From an uncultured Acidimicrobiaceae bacterium (GTDB lineage: Bacteria > Actinomycetota > Acidimicrobiia > Acidimicrobiales > Bog-793), in the NCBI GenBank assembly GCA_963807575.1, contig CAWECD010000013.1, positions 113,605 through 177,604 of the forward strand: a DNA stretch of 64,000 nt. Reading direction: 5' to 3'. Every line of letters begins with the position of its first letter. The first letter of the stretch is position 1. Under the pieces are notes generated by a model. It ran no database searches. It had not been told where the DNA came from and worked only from the letters and a program-made list of their open reading frames with translations. The position numbers and the translations under genes are program-made. This document shows, piece by piece, positions 61,409 through 64,000 of this stretch.

Positions 61409-62596
61409 CTACGAGGGAACGTATGAGCAAGCTGGGTCGTCCGCGAGCGGGTCGCCGGTGGCCGCGTAGGCCCGTGCCCTCGAACCTCCGCACTCATCGG
61501 CGTACTCGCACCGCCCGCAGCGCCCTGGGAACTCCGCGTTGCGGATCGCGTTCAACACCGGGTCGTCGCGGTAGATCTCGAGCACGCCCTTGTCGCGCAC
61601 CGATCCAAGCGAAAGAGGCATGAAGCCGGCCGGGTACACCCGGCCGTCATGGGCCACGAACACGATGCCCTTGCCGTCACGAGTCGCAGCCGTCGGTGCC
61701 AGCACCGGGGAGGTCGGCTCGCCCATCTGCTCGCGAAGGCGCGCACGCAGCTCCCGGTAGAGCGGACCCAGCCGGAACTCGACTGCCGGGTCGAGGTTCG
61801 GGTCGGTCAGCTTGGACCGCCAGTCGCGCACCCTGCGGAAGAAAGGCGCCTCCACTGTCCGCACCGTCATGCCGTACTGGGCGGCGTCCACAAGGAAGTG
61901 ACAGACGTCCTCGTACTCGTCGTTCTCGATCTCGGCGACCGCGTTCCCACGTCCCACACCGATGAGGAAGAACACTTCCCAGGTCCTCACCCCCTGGCGG
62001 ACCAGCAGTGCCGCCAAGTCGGCGAGCTCCCGGACGTTCTGCGCCATGACAGCCGAATTGACCTGCACTGCAAATCCGTGCGCCTTGAGCAGGCCGATCG
62101 CGCGAATCGTCTCGTCGAAGTGACCGGGGATCTGGCGAACCTGTTCATGGGTGTCGGCGAGCGCACCGTCCAGGCTGAGCGACGCCGTCCGCACCCCGTT
62201 GGCGTACAGCATCGCAAGCGTGGCGGCATTCAAGTTGGGAGAGACCGAGGGCGAGATGGCGACCGGCACGCCCAGGCTCTGCGCGTACGCGGTCAGTGCG
62301 TCGAGGTCTTGCCGCTGCAGACAGTCACCGCCGGTCAGGATCAGGACGGGGACCGGCTGGCCGGCGCCCGCGAGCTCGTCGATGATGGATTTGCCCTCTT
62401 CGGTGCTGAGCTCGTCCGGTCCCGGATCGCGCTGCGCGACCGCCCGGCAGTGCACGCAAGCGAGCGGGCAGGCTTTGGTCGTCTCCCAGAAGACCAAGCG
62501 AGGAACCCGATCGAAGGACATGACCCGGCGCGCGCGCTGTTCAGCCACGACGTCCGGTCTAGCCGCTGGGTCTGACATCGACTGCCAGTCTGGCAT
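61409..62596 (-). CDS. Radical SAM/SPASM-type domain protein (NirJ/AhbD/TIGR04053-like)
   Basis: It has the CPLACVHC radical SAM cluster motif, the GGD glycine-rich SAM motif and a C-terminal auxiliary cluster region CGRCEYADECGGSRARAY...DPACSY. Confidence 0.8.
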   Translation of the reverse strand: MPDWQSMSDPAARPDVVAEQRARRVMSFDRVPRLVFWETTKACPLACVHCRAVAQRDPGPDELSTEEGKSIIDELAGAGQPVPVLILTGGDCLQRQDLDALTAYAQSLGVPVAISPSVSPNLNAATLAMLYANGVRTASLSLDGALADTHEQVRQIPGHFDETIRAIGLLKAHGFAVQVNSAVMAQNVRELADLAALLVRQGVRTWEVFFLIGVGRGNAVAEIENDEYEDVCHFLVDAAQYGMTVRTVEAPFFRRVRDWRSKLTDPNLDPAVEFRLGPLYRELRARLREQMGEPTSPVLAPTAATRDGKGIVFVAHDGRVYPAGFMPLSLGSVRDKGVLEIYRDDPVLNAIRNAEFPGRCGRCEYADECGGSRARAYAATGDPLADDPACSYVPS

Positions 62597-62614
62597 CGGC
62601 TGGCCCCTTGTCGG

Positions 62615-63907
62615 TCACCGCCGTCTCGTCAACAGACAACACTGCTTGTACTTGCGGCCGCTCCCGCACGGGCATGGATCGTTGCGCCCGGTCAACCGCC
62701 ATCGCTCCCGGTCCTCGTGCTCGGCGGCCTCGAGCTCTACGGTGATCTCGAAGATCGGCCGACCCTGACGGGCCAGGGCCGCCATACGCATGAGGTAGGG
62801 CAGGACATGGCTGTACAGGCGCCGGTAACCGGCACAGAGGTGGTTGAGGCCACCCTCGCCGTCGGGCGTGGTGGCAAAGCGGTCCTTCGGACAGCCCCCG
62901 TGACACAGGAAGCCCACCGGGCACTCCCGGCAGTAGGCCGGCAAGGCGTCGTGCTTGGCCTCGCCGAAGGCAAGCTGGGTGGGTGACCCTATGAGGGTCG
63001 CAAGCCCGTCGCTCGTCACGTTGCCAAGGCGATGGCCGGCATCGACGTAGTGGTCGCAGGAGTAGACGCTCCCGTCATGCTCCATGGCGAGGACACGTCC
63101 GCACGTCCGAGACATCACGCAGAGGTTGGCCGGCTTGCCGGAGACGACAAGGAAGCACTCGAGGAAATTCTGCACGCCGATGCGCGCGACATCGTGGCGG
63201 ACCCACTCGTCAAAGACCGTGCAGAGGAACTCCCCCATCGCCTCGGGCGTGACCGAGCGTTCCGACACACCACCGTCGGGCACTTTCTCCACAACGGGGA
63301 GGAACTGCACCCACTGCACGTTCTGGTCGACGAAGAACCGGTAGACCTCCCTGGGGTGAGCGGCCGTCAACGCGTTCAAGGTGCACAGCACGTCAGGCTC
63401 GATGCCTGCGGCGCGGAGCAGACCGAGCCCGCGCAGAGCCCTCTCGTGCGTGGGCCGGCCGTGTCGGTCCGGGCGGGAAGCGTCGTGCAGGACTGCCGGG
63501 CCATCGATGCTGAGCCCCACTGAGAAATGATGCTCGGCCAGGAACGTGCACCACCGCTCGTTGAGCAGCGTCCCGTTTGTCTGCATGTTGTTGAGACAGC
63601 GCCAGCCTGCCGGCAGGTACCGGTGCTGGATCTCCAGGACCTGGCGGTAGAACTCCACGCCGGCCAGGGTCGGCTCGCCGCCGTGCCAACCGAAATGCAC
63701 GACCGGCCCAGGGCTGGCGGCGATGAAGGAAGAGACGTACGACTCGAGCACCTCCGGGCTCATCCGGAAGTGCTCTCCCGGGGGAAAGAGCCCGGTCTTG
63801 CCCAGGTAGTAGCAGTAGCCGCAGTCGAGGTTGCAGATCGGCCCCACGGGCTTGGCCATGACGACGAACGGCTCGGACTCACTCACCGGGCCACCGTCCA
63901 TCTGCAA
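62615..63907 (-). CDS. Anaerobic sulfatase-maturating enzyme-like radical SAM/SPASM protein with C-terminal SEC-C motif
   Basis: It has CNLDCGYCYY, GGEPTL, and SPASM cysteines (C..YSCDHY...YCRECP..FLCHGGCPKDR...LCAGY) typical of anSME. The last ~30 aa contain NDPCPCGSGRKYKQCC, a SEC-C zinc motif. Confidence 0.8.
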   Translation of the reverse strand: MQMDGGPVSESEPFVVMAKPVGPICNLDCGYCYYLGKTGLFPPGEHFRMSPEVLESYVSSFIAASPGPVVHFGWHGGEPTLAGVEFYRQVLEIQHRYLPAGWRCLNNMQTNGTLLNERWCTFLAEHHFSVGLSIDGPAVLHDASRPDRHGRPTHERALRGLGLLRAAGIEPDVLCTLNALTAAHPREVYRFFVDQNVQWVQFLPVVEKVPDGGVSERSVTPEAMGEFLCTVFDEWVRHDVARIGVQNFLECFLVVSGKPANLCVMSRTCGRVLAMEHDGSVYSCDHYVDAGHRLGNVTSDGLATLIGSPTQLAFGEAKHDALPAYCRECPVGFLCHGGCPKDRFATTPDGEGGLNHLCAGYRRLYSHVLPYLMRMAALARQGRPIFEITVELEAAEHEDRERWRLTGRNDPCPCGSGRKYKQCCLLTRRR

Positions 63908-64000
63908 TCGAGCGTGAAGTCTGCCGCGCTCTCCTGCCCGTGCCTTGGAGCCGCGATCGATGCTGCCGGCATATAGTAATATCGGTACATTAGCTAGGAA

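Overview
High-GC Actinomycetota-type chromosomal segment, annotated by eye from the sequence and ORF track. All family calls are motif recognition, not database hits. Many long ORFs in the track are antisense or alternate-frame artefacts of the GC bias, and its ORF starts are longest ATG/GTG/TTG options, so I re-picked several. (1) 1-9.1 kb is housekeeping: secreted PQQ-like propeller, peroxiredoxin, DUF2461, LigB-type dioxygenase, DprE2-like SDR, ABC-F ATPase and tadA, with an IS1380-family element between the peroxiredoxin and a PPOX-family gene. (2) tRNA-Ser(CGA) at 9037-9123 is followed by a patchy accessory stretch to about 16.4 kb. It holds three type II TA modules: an RHH antitoxin with a decayed doc, hicB with a hicA carrying an in-frame TGA, and an apparently intact MNT/HEPN pair. 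A recombinase-like remnant sits there too. (3) 16.5-43 kb is a cell-envelope region and the most interesting part. It has three paralogous large secreted proteins that share a four-copy N-terminal repeat module but differ in their C-terminal Ig-like arrays. It also has a TAT-signal Gly-rich repeat protein of about 19 tandem 35-aa units and a MacB-type ABC exporter operon whose membrane fusion protein carries a ~240-aa insertion. A tandemly duplicated pair of genes (GT2, then methyltransferase+GT2+coiled coil) lies directly upstream of two of the secreted paralogues. One of these enzymes has 22 near-perfect heptads encoded by a 21-bp tandem array. One paralogue appears to have captured a duplicated promoter/operator of a neighbouring HTH-regulated gene. 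(4) 43-64 kb holds an HTH/B12-binding regulator, a zur-linked metal ABC importer operon, marP-like protease, VIT1, two cyclophilins, ask-asd, ribE, aroC, eno and two radical SAM/SPASM enzymes, one anSME-like with a SEC-C tail. I saw no rRNA genes and no CRISPR array.
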